Under the pieces are notes generated by a model. That model did not search any database and had not been told where the DNA came from. It was given only the letters and a program-made list of their open reading frames with translations. Of a stretch of DNA of 64,000 nt, positions 50,901 through 61,947 are shown one piece after another. Each line of letters starts with the position of its first letter. The first letter of the stretch is position 1. A program made the translations under genes and the position numbers. Source of the DNA: an uncultured Verrucomicrobiae bacterium (GTDB taxonomy: Bacteria > Verrucomicrobiota > Verrucomicrobiia > Limisphaerales > JAFGQR01); NCBI GenBank assembly GCA_963788655.1, contig CAWBHS010000099.1, positions 74,271 to 138,270 on the forward strand, read 5' to 3'.

Positions 50901-53900
50901 GAAGTGAACGGCATCCACCCAGCCGCGATCCTGTCCCGACGACCCGCTGCTGTCTTTGGTGTAGGCCCACTGGAACACGTGCGTTCCCTCCCAATAATCG
51001 AATGTTCGCCAGTTCCAATCCACTTCGCCCGAGAGGTTGGCCTGTGCCACGCCGTCCACCAGGAACTGGAGATAGTCGCGGCCGGACTGCGAGGAAACCT
51101 TCCACCAAAAACTCACCGATCCCGGTCCCGTCACCGTGGTTTTCATCCAAGCAGTGGCGCCGTTGGCCAATTCAGGACTTTCGGCGGCGTCCCGCCAATC
51201 GTGCGTGACCGCCGCCTGCCCGAACCATGGCGCCGCGCCGCCCAGCGTCCACGGCCCGTACGGATCATCCACCGCTTCGGGAATGCTGATCACGGGAATC
51301 ACCTGCAACCGCGCGCTGGCGCTGACGTCCAGGCTGTAATCGTTTTGCACGACCACGGTGTAATCGCCTTCATTGGCCGCTCCCACGTTCAGCAACGTAA
51401 GCCTCGGGCTGGTGGCGCCCATCACCATGGCGCCGTCCGCCAGGTTTTGTCCGTTGAAACGCCATTGGTGACTCATCGGTGTGGTGCCGATGGCTTTGGT
51501 TTCAAAGGTGACCGTCGCGCCCGGCGCCACGTCCTGGCTCACCGGCTGCAACGTGATCTTGGGCGGAATCGGGCCGGTGCCCGGGACGAATTGGAATTCA
51601 TCCAGCCAGCCCCGATCCTGGCCTTTGACTCCCAGGTAGTCTTTGGAATAGATCCAGCGGAGCACATGATTGCCGGCGGGCAAGCCGAACGTGGGTTGCT
51701 GCCAATCCACCTCCCCGCTGAGGTTGGCCCATTCCACGTCATCGACATAAAACCGCAACCAGTCGCCGTTTGTTTCCGAGGAAACTTTCCACCAGAACCG
51801 CACCACGCCGGAACCCAACACGGTAGTTTCCAGCCAGGAGGATTGGGTCGGTCCGGTCGGGCCGCTGGCGACGGCGTGGAGACCGTCATGGGTCACCTCG
51901 CCTTCCGGAAACCAGGGAGCTGAACCACCCGTGGTCCAAGTCAAGTGGGGAGCGTTCACGGCATCGGGCAACGTCAGAACCATCACGGTTGCGTTGGAAC
52001 TGACCACGCTGCCCAGGGCGTTGTTGACGCGCAGGATATAAACACCGGACTGCTCCCGCTGGGCGTTGGTGATTCGGAGCGTTGGGGTGGTGGCGCCACT
52101 AACGTTGCCGAAGTTCGCCAGGTCTTCGCCATCATACTGCCATTGGTAGCTTAGTGGCGTGGCACCGCTGGCCAGTGCGGTCAGCGTCACGGTCGTTCCG
52201 ACCACCACCGTTTGGCCCGCGGGTTGACGGATGATCGTTGGCATGGGCGGGCCGAATTGAATGCGGTCCACCCAGCCACGGTCCTGGCCGCGCGAAGTAG
52301 AGCGGTCCTTCGAATACGTCCAACGCAACACTTGGTTACCCGAGCCGAGATCGAAGGATCGCCATTGCCAGTCCACTTCACCGGAGATGCGAGCTTGCTC
52401 CGAACCATTTACGGTGAAGATCAAAGGATCATCGGTTTGTTCGGAAGAGACCTTCCACCAAAAGCTCACCGTGTCCGGTCCGGCCACCGTGGTTTCCAGC
52501 CAAACGGCGTCCCGATTGCCGATGTCGCCGCTTTCCGCGGCGTCCTGTTGGTCGAACGTCGTCGAGGTTTGGTTGAACCACACGGCGTCACCGCCGGTTG
52601 TGAACACGTGGCCGGGCGCATCGACCGCTTCGGCCAGCAGCGAAGCGGCGTTGACCGTCAACAGCGCGCTGGAGCTGACAACGCTGCCGGCGCTGTTGGT
52701 CACCCGCACGGAATAGAGGCCGGCTTGTGCGGACTGCACGTCAGTCAACCGCAGCGTCGCAGTCGTTGCACCGCTCACGGAACTGCTATCGGCCAGATCC
52801 ATACCGTTCCATTGCCACTGGTAACTCAACGGTCCCGCCCCGGCGGCCACCACGGTAAACGTGCGGGTGGCGCCCAGTTCGGCGGTTTGGTTTGCTGGCT
52901 GGGAGAGAACGATCGGTGGTGGCGGCCCCCGACGCACCTGGTCCACCCAGGCCCGATCCTGCCCGGCGTGGGAGTTGCTGTTCTTCGAGTAACGCCATTG
53001 CAATTCATGTTCGCCTGCTGGCACGTCGAAGGTGCGCCATTCCCAGTCCACTTCACCGGAGATGCGGAATTGATCTTCCGCATCCAGCATGAACCGCAAC
53101 CAATCATGATCGGCTTCCGAGGACACCTTCCACCAGAAACTCACCTGCACCGGGCCGACGACGGTCGTCTTGATAAACGCATACTGACTGTCCCCGACCA
53201 CGGTCGTTTGCGCGGCTTCGATTCCATCAAGCGTCACATCGGTTTCGCACTGCCACGGCGGGGCGCGACCATCGCTGGTCCATTCCAAGTCCGGCGCATC
53301 AAGGGCATCTCCAAGAAAACATTCGCGGATGACCTGAGCCGTGCCGCCGACGTACTCGGCAGCGAACAGTTCATTGTTGCCGGAAAATAACGCGCGCCGG
53401 GTGGGCTGGTCGCACATCGCTACGGTGACCGTTTCCGTCCGGACCACTGGCTGTCCCTGGAACGCCACCTCGACCACAATGTAGGTCCCCGCGCTCAAGG
53501 CCAGACCGTCGGGCAGCGCCCAGGTTACGCCTACCCGACCCACCGCCGCCTGGGTGGTATCAACGATCAAGCTGGCGTTGGCCGTTTCCCCCAATCGGAC
53601 GCCGGCAAACGATACCAGCAAGGGATCGAAACAGAGGCTGAAGCCGAGTTCGTTTTCGCCACCGCGCGCTTCGAGCAACACGGGCAACCAATTGGGTTCG
53701 CCGCTGGTTAGTTGGATGTCTCCGGCGCGCACCAATCGCAAGCCGCTGGCTTGGTTCACGGTAAATCTCAAGCCACCGATCACCAGGGTTCCAGTGCGAG
53801 CGGGACCAGGATTGGCGTTCACGGTGTAATTCACCGTGCCGGACCCGGTGCCGCCCGGGCTCGACGCGAGAGTGATCCAGGCATTCGTATTGACCACGTC

Positions 53901-56900
53901 CCACGCGCAATCGCTGCTGGTCGTCACGGCGATGCTACCGTTCTCGATGCCGGCGCCGTGGCTGCGTTGGGTTGGTGAGAGTGTGTAGGAACAATTCGCG
54001 CCCAGTTGCGTGAGCGCGAACGGCTGATCAGCAATCTCGATGAACGTCGTGCGGGGCACACCCGTGGGATTACGTTCCAACACATAACTCACCGTGCCGT
54101 TGCCCGTGCCGTTGGTGCCGGAGGTGAAGGTAATCCAATCGTTGGTGGCCACCACGTGCCAGACGATGCCACTGCACGTGCCATGCAAGGAAACATTCAC
54201 CGTCCCGGTCATATCGCCGTATCCGTGTGTCCGGCTACCGGGCGTGGTCGTGGCGTAGCACGTCGAACCCAATTGCGTCACCGTGAATGGTTGGCCGTTC
54301 ACCAGCACGACCCCCGTGCGCAAATTACGATCCAGACTGGGAGCCACCGTGTAATCCACACCGGCGTCACCGGCCCCCGTGGTCGGGGAATGGAGGGTGA
54401 TCCAGTGATTCGGATTGACGATCGTCCAACCGCACTCGGGGCTGCTCAACACGCGAAAGTTTCCGCTTCCCCCTTGGGCCCCGTAGGTCGCCTCGCTGGG
54501 CGCTACGAAATATTCGCATGGGGCGGCTTGTTGAATCACGGTGAACGGTTGGCCGCCGATGGTGAACACGCAGGTGCGCGGCACGGGATTCGGGTTACGG
54601 AACACGGCGTACCGCACCGTGTCGCTGCCGGTGCCGTTGGTAATAATTTTGATGTCCATCCAACTGTTGGTGTTGAGCGCCTCCCAATCGCACGTGCTCA
54701 AAGTGGTGATGTTCACCGTGGCCGTTTCGCCCTCGTAACCATGGACGCGGTGATCGGGCGTCAGCACAAACGTGCAAGGCGCCGCGGCTTGATTCACGCT
54801 AAACATCTGCCCGGCGATGCGTAGGGAACCGCTTCGCACCAGGCGGTCGGGATTGGCGGTCACGAGGTAACTCACCACGCCATTGCCGGTGCCGTTGGTC
54901 GCGGTGGTCAGGGTGATCCAATCGTTCGTGTTGACCACAGTCCAGGCACAGCCGTTGCCCGAACGTCACATCGATCGAGCCAGTTCCCCCCGTCGAGTCC
55001 AAGAACGCTTCGTTCGCGTTCAACGCATACTTGCAAGTGCCCGCCACGCTCACATTCGCGCCCGCAAAGCTTGCCGGAATTATTGCGCCATCGGTTCCCA
55101 ACAACTCACCGGCTACCGGCAAATCACCAAAGGTGACATGCGAGGTCATCGTATCGGCACTGGGTATGGTTTGGAAACAGACCTCGGCCACTTCGTTGAC
55201 GCCCAGCGGAAAGGTTGCGCCGGGGGGCAGGGTCAACGCAAAGCCAACGCGACCACTCGAGAGTTGGTTGGTGAACACCTCCAAAGTGGCCACGCTCACG
55301 TTACTGCCTGCTTGGGCCCAGACCAGGGCGAGCACGCCGGGATCGTAATCCAAACTGAAACGCAGTGCGTTCTCGCCACCCTGGGTTTCCAGGAAGATCG
55401 GCACACAGCCCGTTTGTCCGCTGAGAATCGTCGCGTCGCCGACGCTGACGACCCGCGTCCGGCTGACCTGTTCCACGAGCATGGCCTGGCCCGCGATCAC
55501 CAAGTAACCGCTCCGCGTCGGTCCTGGATTGGCGGGGATGGTGTAGGTCACGACCGCGCTGCCGCTGCCGGTGGCAGTCGAAGTCAGGGTAATCCAATTG
55601 TTCGTGTTCACCGCACTCCATGAGCACGCGCTGCTCGTCCAGACGTTGACTTCTCCGGATTCGGGCGCGCCGCTGTGTTGCCGAACCAGCGGCGCGACTT
55701 CGTAACCGCAATTGGTTCCCCATTGGGTGATAGCGAATACCTGGTCGGCCACGAGCAGCAAACCGGTGCGCGGATCAGCGGTGTGATTGTCCGTCAAGGC
55801 GTAAGTGAGGTCGGCGGTCCCGACGTAGTTGCTTCCGGACGTGAGCGTGATCCAATCATTGGTATTGAGAACCGTCCACGGACAGTCCCCTTTGGTAGTC
55901 ACTTTGGTCGATCCCGCGGTCGTCCCGTAACCATGAAACTTGTGCGCCGGTGAAGGCGTGAAGGTGCAGAGCACACCCTCCTGCGTGAGAGCGAATGCTT
56001 GGTCGCCCAGGAGCAGATACCCGGTCCGAGTCTTGATGCTGGGATTGGCCGTAATGGCGTAGGAGACACTGCCATTGCCAGTGAAATGCGTACCGGAAGT
56101 GATCGTAATCCAATCGTTCGTGTTGATGACATCCCACACGCACTGGGCGGTGGTTTCCACGTTGACCGTTCCGGTGCTGGTGCCGTAACCGTGCGTTCGT
56201 TCCGGCGGCGAGAGCACCGTCGAACACAGCACCGCCCGAATGGCTACGGGCGCGGACACCGCTTCAGCCCCGGCCGGATCAGCCACCCGCGCCCGCACCA
56301 ATCGGCTGCCCACGGTGAGATACCGCGTCGTGTATCGCGGAAACGTGCTCGGGGGCGTGTCGAAAATTCCGTCACCATTCAGATCCCACTCGACTTCCAA
56401 GAGTGAGGAACTGTGCTCGGCGTCAAACGTGGCTGAGGCATCCAACAACACGTCCTCGCCAAGGCCGACCGTGACCGGGGTGGCCGTGATGAACGGCAAC
56501 GGCGCGTGATTGACCGTCACGGCCGGAACCAGGGTAGCGGTCACCCGTTCTTGGTTGCCCTGAAGATCGATGACCCTGAGCGTGTATTCGTTCGTCTGCC
56601 CGGCGTCATAATAGGGTATGGCCAACGTCGGCGTAGCGCTTTTTCCGGACAAGATCATTTCCCCCACGAGCACTTCGTCGGAGCCTTGTTTCCACGAGAG
56701 CAATGCGGCCGCCAGTCCTCCGCTGTCGGTAGCGGAAAAGGGGATTCGCACCACCCCATTCAACGGAGTGATGGCGCCGGACACGTTGATGGTCACGTGC
56801 GGCTTGGTGTTGTCGGTGAATGGCCGGCCGGGATTGAAATAAGGACAGACGTTCAAGGCCAAGGCCGCGCCGTACGCCAGGCGGGTGTTGTTGTAAGCAA

Positions 56901-59900
56901 ACAACTGCGGTTCGAGCACACCACGGAAGCCGCGGTAACCGAAGCCCAGCAGGTTGCCGTCGAAGTTTTCGTCGTTGCGGTAATCGTGATCCAGGCCCAT
57001 CGCCTCCGCAATCCCCCGCAAACCCGCCCCAAGCGCGGACGAACTAACGCTGCTCAGCGTGGTGCCCTCGTACCAGGGAAAGGTCACGCTCTGCCGCATT
57101 GGATAGGGCCCGACGTTGTCTAAAACGAAGCCATCATAGACGAGCGTGTTGGTCATATACTCCGCGGAATAGAGCGCCAGCGCGTCCCCGCCCATCAACG
57201 TCCAGCCCGGATCATCCTCGGAACCGCCGTCGCTGTGGCTCACCTGCCATCCACCGATGACGGACCCATCCGCGTTCTGGTGGTGCGTCTCCGCCACCAA
57301 CCACCAGATTTGGCCGGGCGTGCCCACCGGCAGACCGGCGGCGCGGGCGGCATTAATAATCCGGTCACCCGCAGGATCGCCGGTCAGGAACGTGTCAGTT
57401 TGCGGCAGTGACACCGTGTGAATCATCGGGGTCAAACCGTCGGCTTCGGTTTCCATGGTGAAGGTCTTCCTGCCGAAACCATTTCGTTCCATTTGATCGC
57501 GGAACCAGTCGCGGTAAATACGGATTGCGGATTGCAAATTGGTGACGCCGTTGCTTTGGGCGGTTCGATTGGCGGGAATCAAATAGCCGACCCGCACCAT
57601 TGGGTCCGGACGCAGCACATTGATCGGCACGGTCGCGGTGGCGGTCATGTAGTAATTGGTATCGTCCGGCGTGAAGCGCACCGAGAGCGTCTGCCCGTGC
57701 AACGCTGCCAACACTGTCCCCAGCGGCGGCGTGTAGGTCATCGTTCCCGGCACATCGGCAGTGGCGTTCAGTTGAAGTTCGGAAAGCGCGGTGCCCACGG
57801 AGATGTCCGCCGGCCTGGGCCAGGTGACCAGCGGGACCAGCAGGCCGGTATCGATCACATTGATGGAAACCGTCGCCGTCACCATGGTGTAATTGTTCGT
57901 ATCGTCCGGCGTGAACCGGACCGACAATGGCAGTTCCAAACCAGCCTCCAGGATTGTGCCCAACGGTGGCGTATATTCAAACGCCCCCGGCACACTGGCC
58001 GTGGCGTTGAGTTCGGCAGCGCCCAACGGAATGCCGCGGCTGATATTGGCAGGCTTGGACCACTCGATCACCGGATGCGCCGGTAGCACATCGAGCGTCA
58101 GGGTACGAGTGGCTTGATGGTAATTATTTGGATCGCTGGGCTTGAAGGTGGCGGACAAGAGTTGATCTAAGCCTGCGTTCAATATCGTTCCCAGCGGCGG
58201 ATTATAGACGAATGTCCCCGACACATTTGCGGTGGCATTAAATTGGGCGGCACCCAAGGGCGTGCCAAAAACAATGGCATCTGGATTGGCCCAGGCGATC
58301 ACGGGATTCGCCTTCAGCACATTGATCGTCACGGTGTGGGTGACCGGCGAATAGTTCTCGGTATCGGTGGGCGTGAAGGTCACCGACAACTGCTGGCCGT
58401 TGCCCGCCGTCAGCAAGGTTCCCAGGCCAGGCTCGTAGGCAAATGTCCCCGGCACGTTGGCGGTCGCATTCAGTTGAATCGTGCCCAACGCTGTTGGAAA
58501 AGTAATGTCCGTGGGCGCGGGCCAGTCCAGGACGGGAAGGCTTTTGCGCCGCCACGCCGGCCCGGCCTCAGCCTCGGTCAACGGCGGGTTGATCACGGGG
58601 TCCGTCGAGGCTTGATCGCAACCAATGTCTTTGGCTGACGGTCGGATTTGTCCTTCCATGTCGTCAGTCACGAAATCATACACGCCCTGTGCGGTGCCCA
58701 GGGCCGGGCTGTCCGGGCCCGGACGCCACAAGCCATCGGCATCAAACAGAAGCCGGGGATCGGCCAGCAAGATGCCGCTGTTGGTGGGGATGCCCAGCGT
58801 GGTAGCTTGCAGGAGATTGCCCTGCCAGACGAGGTTCACCGGCTCGATGCGCTGGTCAATCATGAGGCGGCCACTCACCTGCGCCAGGTTGTTGGCGATG
58901 GTGCAATCCACCGGCGGCAGCGTAGTCGTTTCGGTGGAACCGGTAAGCGTGCCCGCCAGTCCGACCACGAAAGTAGCTTTACAATCCACCAACGTGTTAA
59001 AGGCGACGACAGCACGCTGCACTTGGAAATAGCCATTGAGCGGACTGTTTTCCAATCCTTGCATGATACTCAACGCGGCCCGGCTGCTCGTGCCCGACAG
59101 TTCCGCGAAGTAATTGTTAAATACCCGATGGTCCTCCCCCACAATCCGCACCCCGCCGGTCAGTGGCTTGAGGTGGCCGAAGAAATAATTGTCCTCGACC
59201 ACGCAACGGTTGCCGTGCCGCAAGGTCAGGGCGCCTTCACACTCGACAAACGTGTTGTAGCGATACGTGTTCTCGCACGATTTGTTGGAGACAAATTCCG
59301 CGTCGCCGTTGCACTGGTAGAAATAGTTTTGTTCGACCACGCAACGCGCGACGTTCAATGACACGTCGCTGGTGCCGACCCGAATTGTTTCTCCGCCGTT
59401 CACGGCCAGGGCCGGACGGGGACCAAAGAAATTGTGATCGAGCCGATGGTAGTTGGGTTGGCTGTCCACCCACACGGCCACCGTGGCGCCCTCGTTGGTC
59501 TTGCCTTCGAGGTAACAATGGTCCACCCGATTGCTCACCCCATACAGGGAAACCCATTTGTTATCGTTGGCAATGGTGGGTGGATTGTAATTGATGATGG
59601 CGCACTCGGTCAGCCGGGAGTTGTTGGCCACCAACCCGCTGTCCTCACGAAAGGCAATGACATCGCTCGTGGCGGCGTAACCGTTGGTGAACATCAGTCC
59701 TTCGACGACCAGCCAGTTCCCGAACAACCGCAACCTTGAGTTGCCGCTCAGAATGGTTTGGCCGGGAATTTCCGCCCGCAATGTGAGCGGTCGTGCCGCG
59801 GTGCCGTTGCCGTGAAACAGCAGGTCTGCATCCCACCAGACGCCGTGCCGCAGGATCACCGTGTCACCAGGACGCATCAGTGAAACGGCTTCAGCGAGCT

Positions 59901-60696
59901 CGGTCGGATTGGCGGCCCAATAATCCATGCCCCCGGTTGGAATCCCCGCTTGCGTGATGGTAAACGTCTGACCGGCAACCTGCACCCGACCGATCCGTTC
60001 AGTTTCATTCGGGTTTGCCGCCACCGCGTAGCTCACGCTCCCGCTGCCGGTAACGTTCGTGCCCGACGTGATCGTGATCCAACTATTGGTGTTGCTCACG
60101 CTCCAATTACAGCCGGTGTCGGTGGTGACCCCCACCCCACCCAGACCGCCGCTCGCCGAAATGTTCACGGCATTGGTGGTAAGCGCAAACTGGCATACTC
60201 CCTGAATCGTTACCGTGGCGTCGGTGTAATCCGCAGTCAACGTTGCGGCAATGGCGTCGGCAATCTCGCGTCCGATCGGCTGGTCCCCAAACTGCACCGG
60301 CGTCATGACGGTGGGACCGCCCGGCGCGGCCGCGAAACAAACTTCGAGGACGGCGTTGGATCCGGCCGGGAACACCTGGCCAAAGCTTAACCCGATGGCA
60401 AAGCCGACCCGCCCCTGCGCCAGTTGGCTTTGGTTGACGAACCAGGACGCGCCATTCGCACCGCTGCCCAGTCGGGCCGAGGAAAACGTCAACCGATTCG
60501 TGTCGAATCCCAAACTGAATCCCAGCGCATTCTCGTCGCCGTGAGAATTCAAGACGACCGTCAGGCAATTGGTTTGACCGCGCGCAACCAGCAGGTCAGT
60601 GCCGGTTAAACTCCGGTCGGCTCCGTAACTGGAAAACGCCAGCAACCAGGCCAGGAACAGGGTGAGCCCCGTCCGCTTGGTAATTAGATTATTCAT
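47901..60696 (-). CDS. Giant (about 4,260 aa) secreted multidomain protein: PL6 lyase, cohesin-like x3, BACON x9, MBG-like x4, dead metallopeptidase, PKD, (jelly-roll + Ig) array; frameshifted at about 54960
   Basis: ORFs 54799-61011 and 47901-54938 join inside one BACON repeat (DVT|SGNGCAWTVVNTNDW) when one base is removed. Signal peptide from ATG 60696; RFYRVRLVE tail. Confidence 0.88.
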
Positions 60697-61072
60697 AGAC
60701 CGCGCACAAACATCTGGTTCATCCAGTATCCCCGCGTCCTTTACGTTGAATTCAGCCGGCGGCGGCCCTGAACTCGTTGGTTGGCAGCGAATCCAGTGCA
60801 GCGTCACGCACCACGGCATTCGCAGGGAACTCACGCAAGCGAGTACATCCTGGATGACGAGGCACCGCGGCATAGGAGTGGCCCGCTGCCGCAATTTTGC
60901 TGAGAAGCCCTTCCTTGGCTCTTGTAAGTTGAGGTGTTTATACGTAATCCGGCGGGTAATGTCAATCCGAATCCCCACCTCGAAAAAGCGTCTTGAAACC
61001 ACCAAATTCAACTGGCCGAAAGGACCGAAGAAGCCGAAGAACCCTCCTTCACCGGCATTCGTTTCTTTCGGC

Positions 61073-61282
61073 CAAACCGCGGTGCGGGCACTGGCCCACC
61101 AATGGCAGCGGATCTTCTGGCGATGCGGGCAGCGCCACGAGCTCTATGACGAGGCGCGTTATGAGGCGGCACTGCGCCGCCACGGCACTCCGATCGTGGC
61201 GTTGTTCGATCAGATTGAGTTAGGCAAAAATCCCTACACCAGCCGCCAGAAAAAGGCCACCAAAGCTGCGAAGAAAAAATGA
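61073..61282 (+). pseudogene. C-terminal fragment of an IS110-family transposase
   Basis: AVRALAHQWQRIFWRCGQRHELYDEARYEAALRRHGTP matches the IS110 C-terminal A.RALA.KW.RI.WRCW...YDE.RY pattern, recognised from memory. Confidence 0.75.
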
Positions 61283-61771
61283 AAAACTTGTTGATCGCTC
61301 GACCGATTTTGTCTCCTCACTGACCGACATCAGTGTCATCAACTCTGCCATGCTGGCAAACACGGGGAGTCTTTCCGCCGCGGTGAGACTGAACAGAAGG
61401 ATTGGAGAGTTGGCGTCGCCATCCAATCGGGTGATCCACTGGTCACCGTCGCTCTCGTTCGAGATCGGAACGAAACCCTCTGTAATGATTTCCTCCTCCA
61501 TGATTGGGTCGCCCGAAAGCAGGACATCCCGAAAGTCGCCGGGCGACCAGAACGGGTAAAAGCGCCTCCATGTCTTATGGGGCATCTCCATCACGAGGCC
61601 GAGCAGGGCGTGTTGCTCCATCAACTCTGGGATCCATGCGGGAATCAGCCGCTGAACCTCCGGCGGCAAAGTCGCCCACTCGGCGTGCTGCACCCTGCGT
61701 GAGCGCACACCCATTTCTTGTAAGCGTGCTTGCGCACGGCGGGCAGCGACGGCTAATGGTTCTGGTAGCAT
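61220..61771 (-). CDS. SMI1/KNR4 (SUKH) family-like protein, C-terminus probably replaced by IS110 remnant sequence
   Basis: GFVPISNESDGDQW...SPILLF...VFASMAELM. AGAGG RBS before ATG 61771. Confidence 0.6.
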   Translation of the reverse strand: MLPEPLAVAARRAQARLQEMGVRSRRVQHAEWATLPPEVQRLIPAWIPELMEQHALLGLVMEMPHKTWRRFYPFWSPGDFRDVLLSGDPIMEEEIITEGFVPISNESDGDQWITRLDGDANSPILLFSLTAAERLPVFASMAELMTLMSVSEETKSVERSTSFSFFLRSFGGLFLAAGVGIFA

Positions 61772-61791
61772 AGCAAAACCTCTTATGACGC

Positions 61792-61866
61792 ACCGGGTAG
61801 GCGTCATTGGTTACCCGCCGACGCCCCCCTAAGAACCGTACGTGAAAGTTTCCCTTCATACGGCTC
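61792..61866 (-). ncRNA. Group II intron catalytic domains V and VI
   Basis: 34-nt GAGCCGTATGAAGGGAAACTTTCACGTACGGTTC (AGC triad, GAAA loop, AC bulge), then the DVI stem GGG-GGGCGTCG...TGACGCCT-A-CCC. Confidence 0.96.
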
Positions 61867-61947
61867 AAGCCTTTCAAAGGCCGTCGTTGATCCGGACGAC
61901 CCAGCTATCAGAGTTTTGGCCATAATAACAAGCCTTTCGAGAGCCGA

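Noticed and set aside
48126..51923. 1265-aa plus-strand ORF and other long antisense ORFs
   Set aside because: Shadow frames of GC-rich real genes on the opposite strand, with no recognisable motifs.
10860..54965. Programmed frameshifting or phase variation at the four frameshift sites
   Set aside because: No slippery heptamers or long homopolymer/SSR tracts, and the genes are unrelated. Sequencing error is simpler.
60725..60790. Possible degenerate right half of an attC site on the + strand (...GCCCTGAACTCGTTGGTTGGCAGC)
   Set aside because: No matching RYYYAAC left box or convincing bottom-strand hairpin, and the orientation is opposite to the inferred cassette. Too weak by eye.
60662..61072. 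N-terminal part of the 206-aa ORF 60662-61282 as a real gene
   Set aside because: It overlaps the start and promoter region of the giant gene and has no motifs. Only the last about 70 codons look like IS110.
61575..61877. ORF MKGLSRMKGNFHVRFLGG...
   Set aside because: Spurious translation of intron domain V/VI.
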